A DNA stretch of 64,000 nt from Longimicrobiales bacterium (GTDB lineage: Bacteria; Gemmatimonadota; Gemmatimonadetes; Longimicrobiales; Gaopeijiaceae), in NCBI GenBank assembly GCA_965198065.1, contig CBDAON010000004.1, positions 480,001 through 544,000 of the forward strand. Reading direction: 5' to 3'. The notes beneath the pieces are model-generated. The model saw nothing but the letters and a program-made list of their open reading frames with translations. It made no database searches and was not told the DNA's origin. The translations under genes and the position numbers were made by a program. Positions 27,913 to 38,586 of this stretch are shown here, in pieces (within the stretch, counting starts at the first letter, position 1; the number at the start of each line of letters is the position of its first letter).

Positions 27913-28968
27913 ATGAGCCGTTACCGAACGATGATCAAGATGTCCGCACTATTGGTGGGTCTGGTCTTGGCGTCGGGTTGCGGTGGCAGAGACAGCACCA
28001 CGGCGCCGGAGCCAGTGTCCGATCCGCCTCGTCCCACGACGATCGCGGTGAGCCCATTCGCGGCCGAGCTAACTGCGTTGGGTGAGACCGTACAGCTGAC
28101 AGCGGAGGTTCGGGACCAGAACGGTAGGGTGATGACTGGCGTGACCGTGACGTGGACCAGCAGCGACACATCGGTGGCCACCGTCTCCGAGGGCGTTGTG
28201 ACAGCCGTCCGAGGGGGCAACGCCACGATCACGGCAAGCTATGAGGAGCACACGGTCGAATCGATGATCTCTGTGTGGATTTCCACGCTCAGCGAGTGGT
28301 CGGTGCGTGTGCTGTATGTCGTGCCCGCGGACAAGGAGTTCCGCAATGACTACAGCGACGGCCTCTCCAGGGCGATCGTGGATGTCCAGGGGTGGTACCG
28401 CCGGCAGCTCGACGGCCTAACGTTCGACATCTACAGCGTCATACCGGAACAGTGTCACCTCCCCGGAAACGAGGAGTACTACAGCCGCGTCGACCCCTGG
28501 CAAAAGGTCCTGGACGATGTCCAGTCCTGCGCGCCGGTGGTGGCAGGGGTATCTGTGACCGATCTGATTCCGCGCGATGGGCCGCTCCCTGGCAGCTCCC
28601 GGTTTACATGGTTGCTCTATATCGACGTGGTCGAAGTCTGCGACGGACGCGAAGGCCAGGGGTTTGGGGCGGGGTGGGACGGCGTTGCCATGATGGGGAG
28701 CGGGGATCTGGAGGGTTTGTCGAATCCAGGGCCGTACTCCGCTTGTGATGGAGGACCGTGGGAAGGGACTCTTGGCCGCTGGATGGGGGGAACCGCCCAC
28801 GAACTCGGGCACACGTTCTTGGTGCCGCATCCGCCCGGATGTGAGGAAGGATTGCCAACGTGCGACTACCCAGCCCTGATGTGGGATGGGTATGGCAGCT
28901 ACCCGGACACCTATCTACGCGACGACGAGAAGGCGATTCTGCGGCGGTCGCCGTTCATCAAGCGTTGA
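27913..28968 (+). CDS. Lipoprotein with a Big_2 Ig-like domain and a metzincin-like zinc metallopeptidase domain
   Basis: Lipobox LASG-C; WTSSDTSVATVS.G.VTAV..G.ATITA; AHELGHTFLVPH and a downstream LM Met-turn. Confidence 0.8.
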   Translation: MSRYRTMIKMSALLVGLVLASGCGGRDSTTAPEPVSDPPRPTTIAVSPFAAELTALGETVQLTAEVRDQNGRVMTGVTVTWTSSDTSVATVSEGVVTAVRGGNATITASYEEHTVESMISVWISTLSEWSVRVLYVVPADKEFRNDYSDGLSRAIVDVQGWYRRQLDGLTFDIYSVIPEQCHLPGNEEYYSRVDPWQKVLDDVQSCAPVVAGVSVTDLIPRDGPLPGSSRFTWLLYIDVVEVCDGREGQGFGAGWDGVAMMGSGDLEGLSNPGPYSACDGGPWEGTLGRWMGGTAHELGHTFLVPHPPGCEEGLPTCDYPALMWDGYGSYPDTYLRDDEKAILRRSPFIKR

Positions 28969-28969
28969 T

Positions 28970-29260
28970 CGCCCGGGGGACTGGCGGGTGAGTGACGTCC
29001 TGACGCGGCTGGGGGCAACGTCAGACCAAGACTGTCGAGGTTCGCCGCAAGACCGGTCGCGGGAGCACGACGCCCGCATGGAAGGTTGTCCATGGATGGT
29101 GCGGATCGGAACAGACCGACCCTAGCACAGGAGAAGGGAAGAACACATGAGCACCATCCTTCGCACCGTCGGGATCGACATCTCCAAGGACTGGCTCGAC
29201 GCCTTCGCCGCGCCCGAGGGGAAAGCAGCCCGGTTCTCGAACGACAGCCACTCTAATTAG
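28970..29260 (+). mobile_element. IS110-family left end with non-coding leader and truncated transposase (29147-29260)
   Basis: RBS, then MSTILRTVGIDISKDWLDAF (GID.SK..LD motif), preceded by ~175 nt of non-coding DNA. Confidence 0.7.
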
Positions 29261-29280
29261 CTGTGCGGAGAAGAATCCCC

Positions 29281-31198
29281 ATGAGCCGTCGCCGGACCAT
29301 CGTGCGGCTGTCCGCGGTGCTGGCGGTTGCGGCCTTGGCCAAGGGGTGCGGGAACGGTGACAGCCCTAGCGCGCCTCCAACGCCAGAGCCCGCCCGCCCG
29401 ACGACGGTCGCGGTGAGCCCGGCCACCAACGAGCTGACTGCGTTCGGCGCTACGGTTCAGCTGAGCGCAGAGGTGCGTGACCAGAACGCCAGGGTCATGG
29501 GTGAGGCCACCGTGATCTGGACGAGTAGCGCCAACTCGGTGGCGACGGTGGATGCGTCGGGCCTCGTTACAGCTGTGGGCAATGGGACGGCAACGATCAC
29601 GACGGTCCGCCGGGTCGGCGTCAGGCTCTGCGGTGGTGACGGTGACGCAGTGGGTGGCCTCGGTGGAGGTGTCGCCGTCCGTGGACGAGCTGACTGCGTT
29701 GGGCGCGACCGTTCAGCTGGCGGCAGAGGCGTTCGACGCGAACGGGCATGCGGTGGCGGGAACCGAGTTTTCGTGGGAGTCCAGTGACGTTGCGGTGGCG
29801 ACAGTCGACGAATCGGGCCTCGTGACGGGAGTCTCCGAAGGGGTGGCGACGATTACGGCGAGGGCGGGCGATGCGTCAGGCTCCGCCGTGGTGAGTGTAA
29901 TGCAGCCCGTCGCCTCGGTGGAGGTGTCGCCGTCTGTGGAGACGATTGGGTTGGGCAGTACGCTGCAGTTGATGGCGGAGGGATTCGACGAGAACGGGGA
30001 TGCGGTGGCAGGCGTAGCGTTCTCGTGGGAGTCCAGCGACGTCGCGGTGGCGACGGTGAACGCTAGGGGTCTGGTGACGGGGGTCGCCGAAGGAGTGGCC
30101 ACGATTACGGCAAGCGCGGGTGAGGCGTCAGGCTCCGCGGTGGTCACGGTTCTGCCCACATTTACTCTATCTGGCACGGTGAGCGACAGCCGGAGAAACG
30201 GTCCAATGCTTGCCGGCGCGGTCGTGCGGCTCCAAAACGGCAGACAGGAATCCATGACGACCGGCCCCGACGGGCACTACCGTTTCCAGAACGTCTGGGG
30301 GACGGTTACGGTTACGGTGACCGCCGAGCCCAGCTACGTAGCGGAGACCGTCGAGGTTACTGTGGACGCGGACCGCACGGTCGTTTTCACCCTCGAGCAC
30401 ACGGGAATCCCGCCGTTCGCGGGGACTGTGTTCATCACGCCAAACATCCTCGATGCTTCGGACCCCACATCGCTCCGGAGCGTAGCGTATGCCGGACGCG
30501 GGGAGCGGATGATCTATGACAGGCGGCCCGATATGTGGATCACGGTCGACGCTTACCTTTTCGACGCGCAGTACGACGGACAGGTACTGGAGTTCCAGGT
30601 CAACCCGGAATTTGGCAGCGTGGAGGCAGCACAGACGGAAGTTGAGAAGTACGCGCCGGCGATCGGCCGGCTGCCGACCGTTCTTCTGTCGCGAGCCCTC
30701 GAAGTACAGATCAACGCCGGGGATGAGCTCTTCGGAGGCAACTCACGAGACAGAAGCTTCCTAATTCACACGGACCATGGGGAGAAACGCATCCGCGACG
30801 GCTTCCTGGAGGAAGTGCTTCTCCATGAAGCCGGGCATATCTCGCTGGATCCCGTGCATGCAAACGCCGCCAGATGGCGCGCGGCACAGCAGGCCGACGG
30901 CGTCTTCATTTCCGACTATTCCCGTGATTTTCCAGATAGAGAAGACGTCGCCGAGAGCATCTTAACTTACTTCGCTGTGCGGTACCGGCTCGAGCGGCTG
31001 AGCGAGCCCGACCGGGTTGCGATTCTTGCCGCCATACCGAATCGTCTGGTCTATTTCGACGAGCAGGGACTCGACATGTCGCCCTACGTGGCGACGGAAT
31101 CGATTGCCCCAGTCCTCGCAGTGACTCCGTTCCAGCCGCAGCCGCGGATCTGGCGATCTTTCGAAGGCCCCCGCGCGAGGCCAGGCCCCGGACGCTGA
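29281..31198 (+). pseudogene. Lipoprotein with three Big_2 Ig-like repeats, a carboxypeptidase-regulatory-like domain and a zincin domain; frameshift near 29605
   Basis: LAKG-C lipobox; repeated WESSDVAVATV..SGLVTGV.EG.ATITA; LLHEAGH and EDVAES; split between ORFs 29263-29787 and 29552-31198. Confidence 0.8.
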
Positions 31199-31779
31199 GA
31201 AGTACCATGGAGGTGCCGGGATCGGCGTCATCGCAGATTGCTACCCCACTTGGCGGTGAGATCGATTACCATCAGCCCGATTCGCTACTTTGGGACGATT
31301 TCTGGCGTCTCTACTGCCTCCAACGCCTTGCGATTACGGAGACGCAGAAGTTATTCGAGTCGGACTTCATGTCGCTGCCTCTGGACAGCTCCGCAATCTA
31401 CTCATGAACGCCGAGATCGACCCTTGTCAGGTCGCCGAGCCCGAAGTCGACCTCGGCATCGGAGCGTCGCGCCAAGGGCATGCCGCTGTGGGGCGAACCG
31501 GAGAAGCAGGAGGTATGGGCGCGCGCGCTCTGGTGCCACCTCCCTCATGGCTGCATAGCGGTGGGGGAGGTGTCCCGCGATCCCCCCGGTGTGTCGGGGT
31601 TCCAAGATAACGTGGAGACGGGCAGCTGACCCGGGGATACGAACTCGGATTCCCGCCATTTGTGGTGGTTTTCCCGCTATTTCAGTACTGTCAATTCAGA
31701 TATCGTCTAACGGCAAGGTCGGCAGATCGTGCAGTCCCAGTTTAACTTAGACGATTTCTTGCCGTGAATTACAACACCT

Positions 31780-31856
31780 GAGCCGTGCCGAGTGGACCGA
31801 GATCGATCGGGACGAGGGTGTGTGGACTGTCCCGGCTAAGCGCATGAACGACCGCG
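31780..31856 (+). pseudogene. Relic of a P4-type integrase (catalytic-domain fragment)
   Basis: AEWTEIDRDEGVWTVPAKRM versus ALWTEIDRGEGAWIIPARRT in the intact integrase. Confidence 0.7.
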
Positions 31857-31870
31857 GTGTTGACGGAGGT

Positions 31871-32263
31871 ACGGGCCTCCCGAGTATCTGAGGTCGGACA
31901 ACGGACCGGAGTTCACCGCGAAGCCCGTGCGGCGGTGGTTGGGGCGCGTGGGCGTCGAGACGCTCTTTATCGAGCCGGGCAGCCCGTGGGAGAACGGCTA
32001 CAACGAGAGCTTCAACGGCAAGCTCAGGGACGAGCTGTTGAACGGGGAGATCTTCTGCTCGTTGGCGGAGGCGGCCGTGCTGGTCGAGCAATGGAGGCGC
32101 GAGTACAATACCGTCCGACCCCACAGCGCCTGCGGCGGCTTTCCCCCGGCCCCTGAGGCGATTAAAAGCCGTCGCCCTGGTTCCTGAGGATGCCCGTCCT
32201 TCACGGCCCTCCACAGGTGCTGGGACTAACATAGGTTGTGGTACCGCTCTTCGGGGCAGGTCA
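31871..32263 (+). mobile_element. IS3-family element, 3' partial copy of the 280-1550 element
   Basis: Near-identical to the 3' ~390 bp, including the right IR ...CTTCGGGGCAGGTCA. Confidence 0.9.
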
Positions 32264-32316
32264 GTCGCCCACTCCACGAGTGGATTACAACGACTCTTGG
32301 TTGAGTCTGGACTGGG

Positions 32317-32652
32317 TTACAGCAGCAACAGGTAATACAGTGCGAAAGAGGTACCCACAATCGCCAGTCCATAGAAAAGCAAGGCCAGCACGCGGTCCAA
32401 CCCTCTTAGACCCAGGTCCGCCACGGCATAGCGGAAGCGATGCGCCCAATGGAACAGCGGTAGGGAAATAAGCACGAAAAGGTACACACGCGCCAACGGA
32501 TGGCGGATCAACTCATTGAACTGCCCAACGTCGATCACACCAGCTGGTATGGCGATGCCGGTGAGAATGATGGTGACCGGGACAAAGAACGCGGCCACCA
32601 CGCCGCCCGCGGAAAACAGAGACCACCAGATCGGTTCATTGGACTTGGCCAT
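32317..32652 (-). CDS. frdD: Fumarate reductase membrane anchor D
   Basis: SNEPIWWSLFSAGG...LPLFHWAHRFRY...DLG; ATG at 32652. Confidence 0.9.
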   Translation of the reverse strand: MAKSNEPIWWSLFSAGGVVAAFFVPVTIILTGIAIPAGVIDVGQFNELIRHPLARVYLFVLISLPLFHWAHRFRYAVADLGLRGLDRVLALLFYGLAIVGTSFALYYLLLL

Positions 32653-32657
32653 CGTGC

Positions 32658-33065
32658 TTACGTCCCCGCAATCCTCCAGCAAATCCCAAAGATCGAAAGG
32701 GACAGGACCACCCAGACAACATAGTTCGCGGCGGCAATCCACTTTGGGCTGACACGGTCCTCTCCCCGCCACACGACCATGACCTTGGGCGTCAGATTGA
32801 TCCAGGTGATACTGTGATACAAGACCATCAACAGGGCGACCAGATGAAGCACCACGCTCAGCGGACTGTTGAGCATGGCCGCAAACGCGTCCGCGTCGTT
32901 TGCCTGGGCAAGCAACACCAGCAAAAACAGCGCGTACCCGCCAACGAATAAGCACGTCAGTTCGCGGACCATGAACAGAAAATACGTCTTGCGATTCAGC
33001 CACCAGGTCACGGGCATCGGCCGAACGTATTCCTTGCTTTGTTTTGCGGCGGACTGATTTGACAT
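32658..33065 (-). CDS. frdC: Fumarate reductase membrane anchor C
   Basis: YVRPMPVTWW...Y..FMVRE.T...HSITW..L.PK. Confidence 0.9.
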   Translation of the reverse strand: MSNQSAAKQSKEYVRPMPVTWWLNRKTYFLFMVRELTCLFVGGYALFLLVLLAQANDADAFAAMLNSPLSVVLHLVALLMVLYHSITWINLTPKVMVVWRGEDRVSPKWIAAANYVVWVVLSLSIFGICWRIAGT

Positions 33066-33103
33066 ATCGCGTTGCCTACTTGTTTTCGCCGACAGCTTGT
33101 TGC

Positions 33104-33877
33104 TTACTGTTTCTTCGTCCCGTGGGGAACTAGGACGGACAGAAATAGATCTTTCGTGGCGTCCACCTTGGCCTGCTGGATTGCCGCAGCCGGATCCACA
33201 TTCTTCGGACAGACCCGCGTGCAGTCACCGACAAACGTGCATTCCCAAATTCCCTCGTCGCTGAAAATCACCTCGGCCCGATCGTCTGCGCCGCCGTCAC
33301 GTGAGTCGAGGTTGTAGCGCTGGGCCAGGGCAATAGCTGCCGGTCCGATAAACCCCTGATGCCGGCCGTATACCGGGCAAGCCGCGTAGCAGAGCATGCA
33401 GTTGATGCACATGCTGAACTGCTTGTATCGGGCTAACTCCGCTGGCGACTGGCGGTACTCGCCTTCCGAAACGGATCTCTCTTCTTTTGGGATCAGCCAG
33501 GCCTGGACATCGTTCAGCTTGTGCAGAAAGTCGTCCATGTTGATCACCAAATCGCGGATCACTGGGAAGTAGTCCAACGGCTCGATGCGTATGGGTTCCG
33601 GATAGTAGTCGCGCAGAAAGGTGGCACAAGTCAGCTTCGCCTCGCCGTCGACCATCATCCCGCAACTACCGCAAACGCCCATCCGACACGCCCAGCGATA
33701 CGACAGCGTCCCATCCATCTCGTCCTTGACGTGGTTCAGCGCATCCAGCACCACCCAGTCTTTGTGATAAGGAACGTCATAACGATCAAATCGCGGCTCG
33801 TCTTCCTCATCCGGTCGGTAGCGAAAAACTTCTAGAGTAATTTTGCTGCCGGACTGGTCCGCGTCAGTTGCTGCCAT
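33104..33877 (-). CDS. frdB: Fumarate reductase iron-sulfur subunit
   Basis: [33 protein letters not shown]. Confidence 0.93.
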   Translation of the reverse strand: MAATDADQSGSKITLEVFRYRPDEEDEPRFDRYDVPYHKDWVVLDALNHVKDEMDGTLSYRWACRMGVCGSCGMMVDGEAKLTCATFLRDYYPEPIRIEPLDYFPVIRDLVINMDDFLHKLNDVQAWLIPKEERSVSEGEYRQSPAELARYKQFSMCINCMLCYAACPVYGRHQGFIGPAAIALAQRYNLDSRDGGADDRAEVIFSDEGIWECTFVGDCTRVCPKNVDPAAAIQQAKVDATKDLFLSVLVPHGTKKQ

Positions 33878-35624
33878 AAACCCGTTCTCCTGGTGGCCAA
33901 CGGGTGACGATCACGTCGAGGTAGTCGATGCGCGGGTCTCCGTCGGTTTGGTAGGCCAGCGAATGTTTCAAGAATCGCTCGTCGTTGCGATCGGGGTGGT
34001 CTGTGCGCTGGTGGGAGCCGCGCGATTCGGTCCTGGCCAGCGCGCTGTGGCCCAACGCTTCGGCCACATCAAGCATGAACTCCAGCTCCAACGCGGTCGT
34101 TAGTTCGGTGTTGAACGTCACGCTGTGATCTGCTAGTTCAATCTGGCCTAGACGCTCTTTCAACTCGCGAATCTTGTCGCAGGTGGCGCGCAGCGACTCC
34201 TCGCTGCGGTAAATCCCGGCGCCGCTCTCCATAGCATTGGTCAACTCCACGCGTAGTCCGGCAATGGTCTCTTTGCCGGCATTAGGCTGGAAGAACCGTT
34301 CCCGGATCCGCCGCTGTTCCTCTACGGCTTGGACAGTGATCTCTTGGGCCGCAATGTTGCCCACCTCGCCGCCGAAACGAACGGCCGCCCGCGCTGCCCG
34401 TGCACCGAACACGAGCAATTCGGTCAGCGAATTCGAGCCGAGCCGGTTGGCTCCGTTGATGCTCACACATGCGCACTCGCCGGCCGCGTACAACCCGGGC
34501 AGTGGCGTTTCGCCCTCTATGTTGGTGTGCACACCGCCCATGACGTAGTGCACGACAGGACGCACGGGGATCAACTCGTGTACCGGATCGATGCCAGCGT
34601 AGTTGCGACACAGCTCGCGGACGAAGGGAATCTTCTTGTTAATCTCCTTCTCACCCATGTGACGGACGTCGAGGTGGACAAAGTGTCCATAGGGTCCCTC
34701 GAGGGTCCCGCCCTTCTCCTGCTCTTTCTCGAACGCTTGGGACAATCGGTCGCGCGGCCCCAACTCCATGCTCCGCTTCTGGGGATGCTTGGGGTCCGTT
34801 ACGTCCAACGGCTTGCCAAGATCGTAGTCCTTCAAATAGCGGTGGCCATCTTTGTTGATCAGAATGCCGCCTTCCCCGCGCGATGCCTCGGTAATCAAGA
34901 TGCCGGTTCCCGGCAGACCGGTTGGATGGTACTGAACAAATTCCATGTCTTTCAAGGGCACGCCGACCCGATACGCAAGAGCCATTCCGTCACCCGTCTT
35001 GGTCGATGCATTTGTGGTAAACGGAAAGATGCGTCCCGCCCCACCGGTACAGACGATCACAGCCTTGGCTGCGATCGCGCGAATCTGGCCTGTCCGAAGC
35101 TCCAAAGCCGCCACACCCTGGCAGCGGCCGTCGTGAACAAGCAGCTTCGTCGCAAACCATTCGTCGTAGCGGGTGATGTTTCTGTACTTCAGCGCCGTCT
35201 GAAACAGTGCGTGAAGCATGTGAAACCCGGTCTTGTCCGCGGCAAACCAGGTCCGCTCGATCTTCATTCCACCGAATGGCCGCACGGCCACAGTGCCGTC
35301 CGGTTCGCGGCTCCAGGGGCAGCCCCAATGTTCCAGCTGGATCATTTCCTCGGGTGCTTCGTTGACAAAGGCTTCCACCGCATCTTGGTCGGCCAACCAA
35401 TCGGCGCCTGAGATGGTGTCGTAGATGTGATCCTCAAGACTGTCGTTTGCCTTGATAACCGCCGCCGCACCGCCCTCGGCCGAGACGGTGTGGGAGCGCA
35501 TCGGATAGACCTTCGACACGACGCCGACGCTCAACCGTGGGTTTTCTTCGCCAATGGCGATGGCCGCCCGCAGCCCAGCACCGCCGCCGCCCACGATAAG
35601 GATGTCGTGGCTTAACAAGTCCAT
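33864..35624 (-). CDS. frdA: Fumarate reductase flavoprotein subunit
   Basis: [17 protein letters not shown] (covalent FAD His), [21 protein letters not shown]. Confidence 0.95.
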   Translation of the reverse strand: MDLLSHDILIVGGGGAGLRAAIAIGEENPRLSVGVVSKVYPMRSHTVSAEGGAAAVIKANDSLEDHIYDTISGADWLADQDAVEAFVNEAPEEMIQLEHWGCPWSREPDGTVAVRPFGGMKIERTWFAADKTGFHMLHALFQTALKYRNITRYDEWFATKLLVHDGRCQGVAALELRTGQIRAIAAKAVIVCTGGAGRIFPFTTNASTKTGDGMALAYRVGVPLKDMEFVQYHPTGLPGTGILITEASRGEGGILINKDGHRYLKDYDLGKPLDVTDPKHPQKRSMELGPRDRLSQAFEKEQEKGGTLEGPYGHFVHLDVRHMGEKEINKKIPFVRELCRNYAGIDPVHELIPVRPVVHYVMGGVHTNIEGETPLPGLYAAGECACVSINGANRLGSNSLTELLVFGARAARAAVRFGGEVGNIAAQEITVQAVEEQRRIRERFFQPNAGKETIAGLRVELTNAMESGAGIYRSEESLRATCDKIRELKERLGQIELADHSVTFNTELTTALELEFMLDVAEALGHSALARTESRGSHQRTDHPDRNDERFLKHSLAYQTDGDPRIDYLDVIVTRWPPGERVYGSN

Positions 35625-35942
35625 TGATGTCGATTCCTTTGCCCTGGCCGCCGCGACCTCACTGCGGAAAACGTGCGGTTATGCCGTTTCTTGCTCTTCC
35701 TTTCATGTAACCACGCGGTATTCCCCTGACTCTGTTGATGGGAGTCGAATCATCCACGGGTTTTTGGGAATCGAACATGCACAGCAAAATGCGTATCTGC
35801 AAGGAGGGTCTGGATGCCAGGCAACGTGCCCCATCCGACCCCACTCCCCCCCATGTGAGTGGCGCGGCACCGACCCGGTGGACCGCCCGCGAATAGGCGA
35901 TTCAAAGGGGGTTCGCGCGGAAGAGGTGAGTGGATCTGCAGG

Positions 35943-36626
35943 TTACCCGGCAGCCAGGTGTTTCTGGAAGAACTGCACCGAACGCTCCAGCGCCCTTCGG
36001 CACGCCTGTTCGTTGTACACGTCCGGGCGGTCATCGTTGCAGAAGGCGTGGTGTGTCCCCTCGTAGATGAAAAATTCCGACTCGACGCCCGCGGATTTCA
36101 GCGACTCCTCGAGTCCCGGTATAGCTTCCGTTGCGGCGTCGTTCTTTGCATCGGCGAAGTGGCCCTGGATCGGGCACTGGACGGTGCTAGTGTCGGGCAG
36201 TCCGCCCGGGAGGACGCCATAGAACGGTGCGGCGGCGTCGATGGCCTTCAATGATGCGAGCAGTAGGGTCATTCCGCCTCCCATGCAGTAGCCGACGCAT
36301 CCGACCTTTCCGGTGCTGTTCGCTTCGTGCGTTCTCAGGTAGTCGACGGCGCCTCTCAGGTCTTTAGACGCCTCCGTGATCTGCAGCTCACGCATCAGGG
36401 TCATGGCGTGGTCCGGTTCGGTGGTGGTCTCGCCGTGGTAAAGATCGGGCGCGAGGGTGAGGAAGCCGCGTGCGGAGTAGCGCCCTGCCATGTTCTTGAT
36501 GTGCTGAACGAGTCCCCACCATTCCTGGATCAGGAGTAAACCAGGTCCGCTGCCAGAGGGCGGGAGCGACATGTAGCCCCGGGTGGTTCCTCCGTTGCTC
36601 GGGAATTCGATCATCGTGCCGGTCAT
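35943..36626 (-). CDS. Dienelactone hydrolase family protein
   Basis: IQEWWGL, APDLY, GYCMGG nucleophile, HAF.N. Confidence 0.92.
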   Translation of the reverse strand: MTGTMIEFPSNGGTTRGYMSLPPSGSGPGLLLIQEWWGLVQHIKNMAGRYSARGFLTLAPDLYHGETTTEPDHAMTLMRELQITEASKDLRGAVDYLRTHEANSTGKVGCVGYCMGGGMTLLLASLKAIDAAAPFYGVLPGGLPDTSTVQCPIQGHFADAKNDAATEAIPGLEESLKSAGVESEFFIYEGTHHAFCNDDRPDVYNEQACRRALERSVQFFQKHLAAG

Positions 36627-36871
36627 GGAAGCCTCCGTTGTTCGGAATCGCCTGACCTTACCCCCAAAAAGAGTAGGGCATGCCCCGGGGGGGTGTATGG
36701 GACCCCATATCAGGGCAGCCTTCAGGCGGGTGATGGGGTTGGCGGTCAGGGGCCTACTGGTGCACTCTCACAGCTGTGTGCCGAATTTGGACAAGAAATC
36801 GACCGAGGGTGGCCCGGGCCATCCCCGTCCGCACGGATTCTCTCGCGCCTCCAAGAGGCTGGTGCCCGACC

Positions 36872-38552
36872 TCAGTCGACAATGCGGACGCTCCCCGCGT
36901 CGCCGTCCACCTCGATCGTGTCACCGTCCTTGATCGTGCTGGTCACCACGCCAATTCCGACCACCGCCGGAATGCGATACTCGCGAGCCACCACGGCGCA
37001 GTGGCTGAGAATGCCTCCTGTGTCCGTAACGATGCCTCCGGCCGTCGCGAACAGGGGCGTGCGTCCACGATGGCGAGGTGCCCTCGGCGACCAAGATGTC
37101 TCCCACCCCGAGCTTGTCGGCTTCGTCCAGAGAGCGTATCACCCTTGCTGTTCCCTGGACCTTACCCGGTGAGCCGGCATTTCCCGCCAACGTATCTGCC
37201 GCATCGCTCTGCTCGGGCGGCAGTCCAAAGAACTTGGCCAACGACGTAGAAACCAGACCGGGTGGTGGTGGACCGTAGTCCGTGCCCATGAACGGCGGCG
37301 GCTTCAGCGATCCGAAATGCTCAACCTCCTTCTTACGGGCCTCCACGAGACCCTTGTGATCGGGCACAGGTGAGGCGGCGACCGCTTCCGCGATTTCGCC
37401 TGTCTGCAGAAAGAAGATGTCCTCGGCTGTCGCTAGCGTCCCCGCTTCGGCCAATCGCTTTCCCATCTCCATGATGACTCGACGCACGCGGTAGGTGGCC
37501 TGAAAATCGATCCAGTAGCCGTGATCTTCGGTGAGTACGACGGCCGTCGATGCCGCCTTGAGCAGAAATTCAAACTCGTCGCGGACATTGGACGGGTACC
37601 CCTGAAGTCGCTCCCTGACGTCGGCTACGGCTTCCTCGCGTTCTGCGGCTCGCTCCTCGAGCTCGGCGGCCGGGTCGCCCTCCTGTCCGACGTAGTCCTG
37701 TAGGTTGGTGACGATGACCGGACTGGGGTCCTCGACCCAGCTCCCGTGACAGATTCCCCAATCCGACGTTCGCTTTCCGTGGAGGTTCAAGAACGCGTCC
37801 AACTCCTTCGCAAACGCCTGCCCGTCATCGGACCCCGACAGGGCCTTCACCACATCGCCGGCGGCGCGCTCCCCAAAGACCTTGCGGACCCCATCGCTTG
37901 CCCTGGCCCCGCGACTTAGATCCCACAGTGCACGATTCACCTCCAGGGTCTTGTTGTCGAAACCCTGCGTGAGCTTCTGCGACTCGAAGATGCCATCCGA
38001 AAACAGGTCTTGGTGCAGATCGTCCAGCAGCGAAAGCGCGACATACACCGGGAATACGATCTGGAAGTGAATGTCGGCCAGACGCAAGGAATCTTCCCAC
38101 ACCTTCGAGAAATGTGCTTGGAGATCCGCGGTGGAGGCCGCCGCAAGATCGAAGGCGTCCCAGTCTTCGATCTGCCTCTTGATCTCGGGTAGCCATTCGT
38201 CGTCCCAGCGCTCTTGCAGTCGGCCGATTGTGTCCATCACGACCTCGTCCGAACGCTTGCCCAGTTCCTGCATCTCGTCCGGGGAGACTCGGGGGAAGAT
38301 GGCGAAATACAACCAGTAGTTGAACGACTTGGCCACCGCCTGCAGCGGCATCTCGTAATGCTCCATGGCTAGGTGCGCGCCGTGCATGAAACGGGTCCAG
38401 AATTCTCCCTCGAGAGGTGGTATTATTTCGTTAAAGTGCATCCGGTCGTGCTGCCAGGGAGTCTTCTGTTCGTCGGTGGAGGCCCACTCGACCGGGAAGT
38501 CCTCTTGGGGTGGAATTGCTACGGGTTCAGGTGGGGATCCTGCATCGGACAT
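36872..38552 (-). pseudogene. PEP-utilising phosphohistidine-domain protein (C-terminal part of a rifampin phosphotransferase / phenylphosphate synthase-like enzyme), frameshifted by a 4-bp duplication
   Basis: GSPG...G.ARVI; after the GCGTGCGT duplication at 37057-37064 the other frame gives WTPLF...TDTGGILSHCAVVAREY.IPAVVG...VDG..G.V*. Confidence 0.85.
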
Positions 38553-38586
38553 GGCCCGCTTTCCTCCGTTTTCGGATTTGCGTTGC

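Noticed and set aside
31207..31407. 66-aa ORF resembling the C-terminus of Clp-fold SDH proteases
   Set aside because: Only vague recall; no catalytic motifs visible
31610..31660. tRNA/tmRNA 3'-end-like sequence
   Set aside because: T-arm does not pair and there is no proper CCA end
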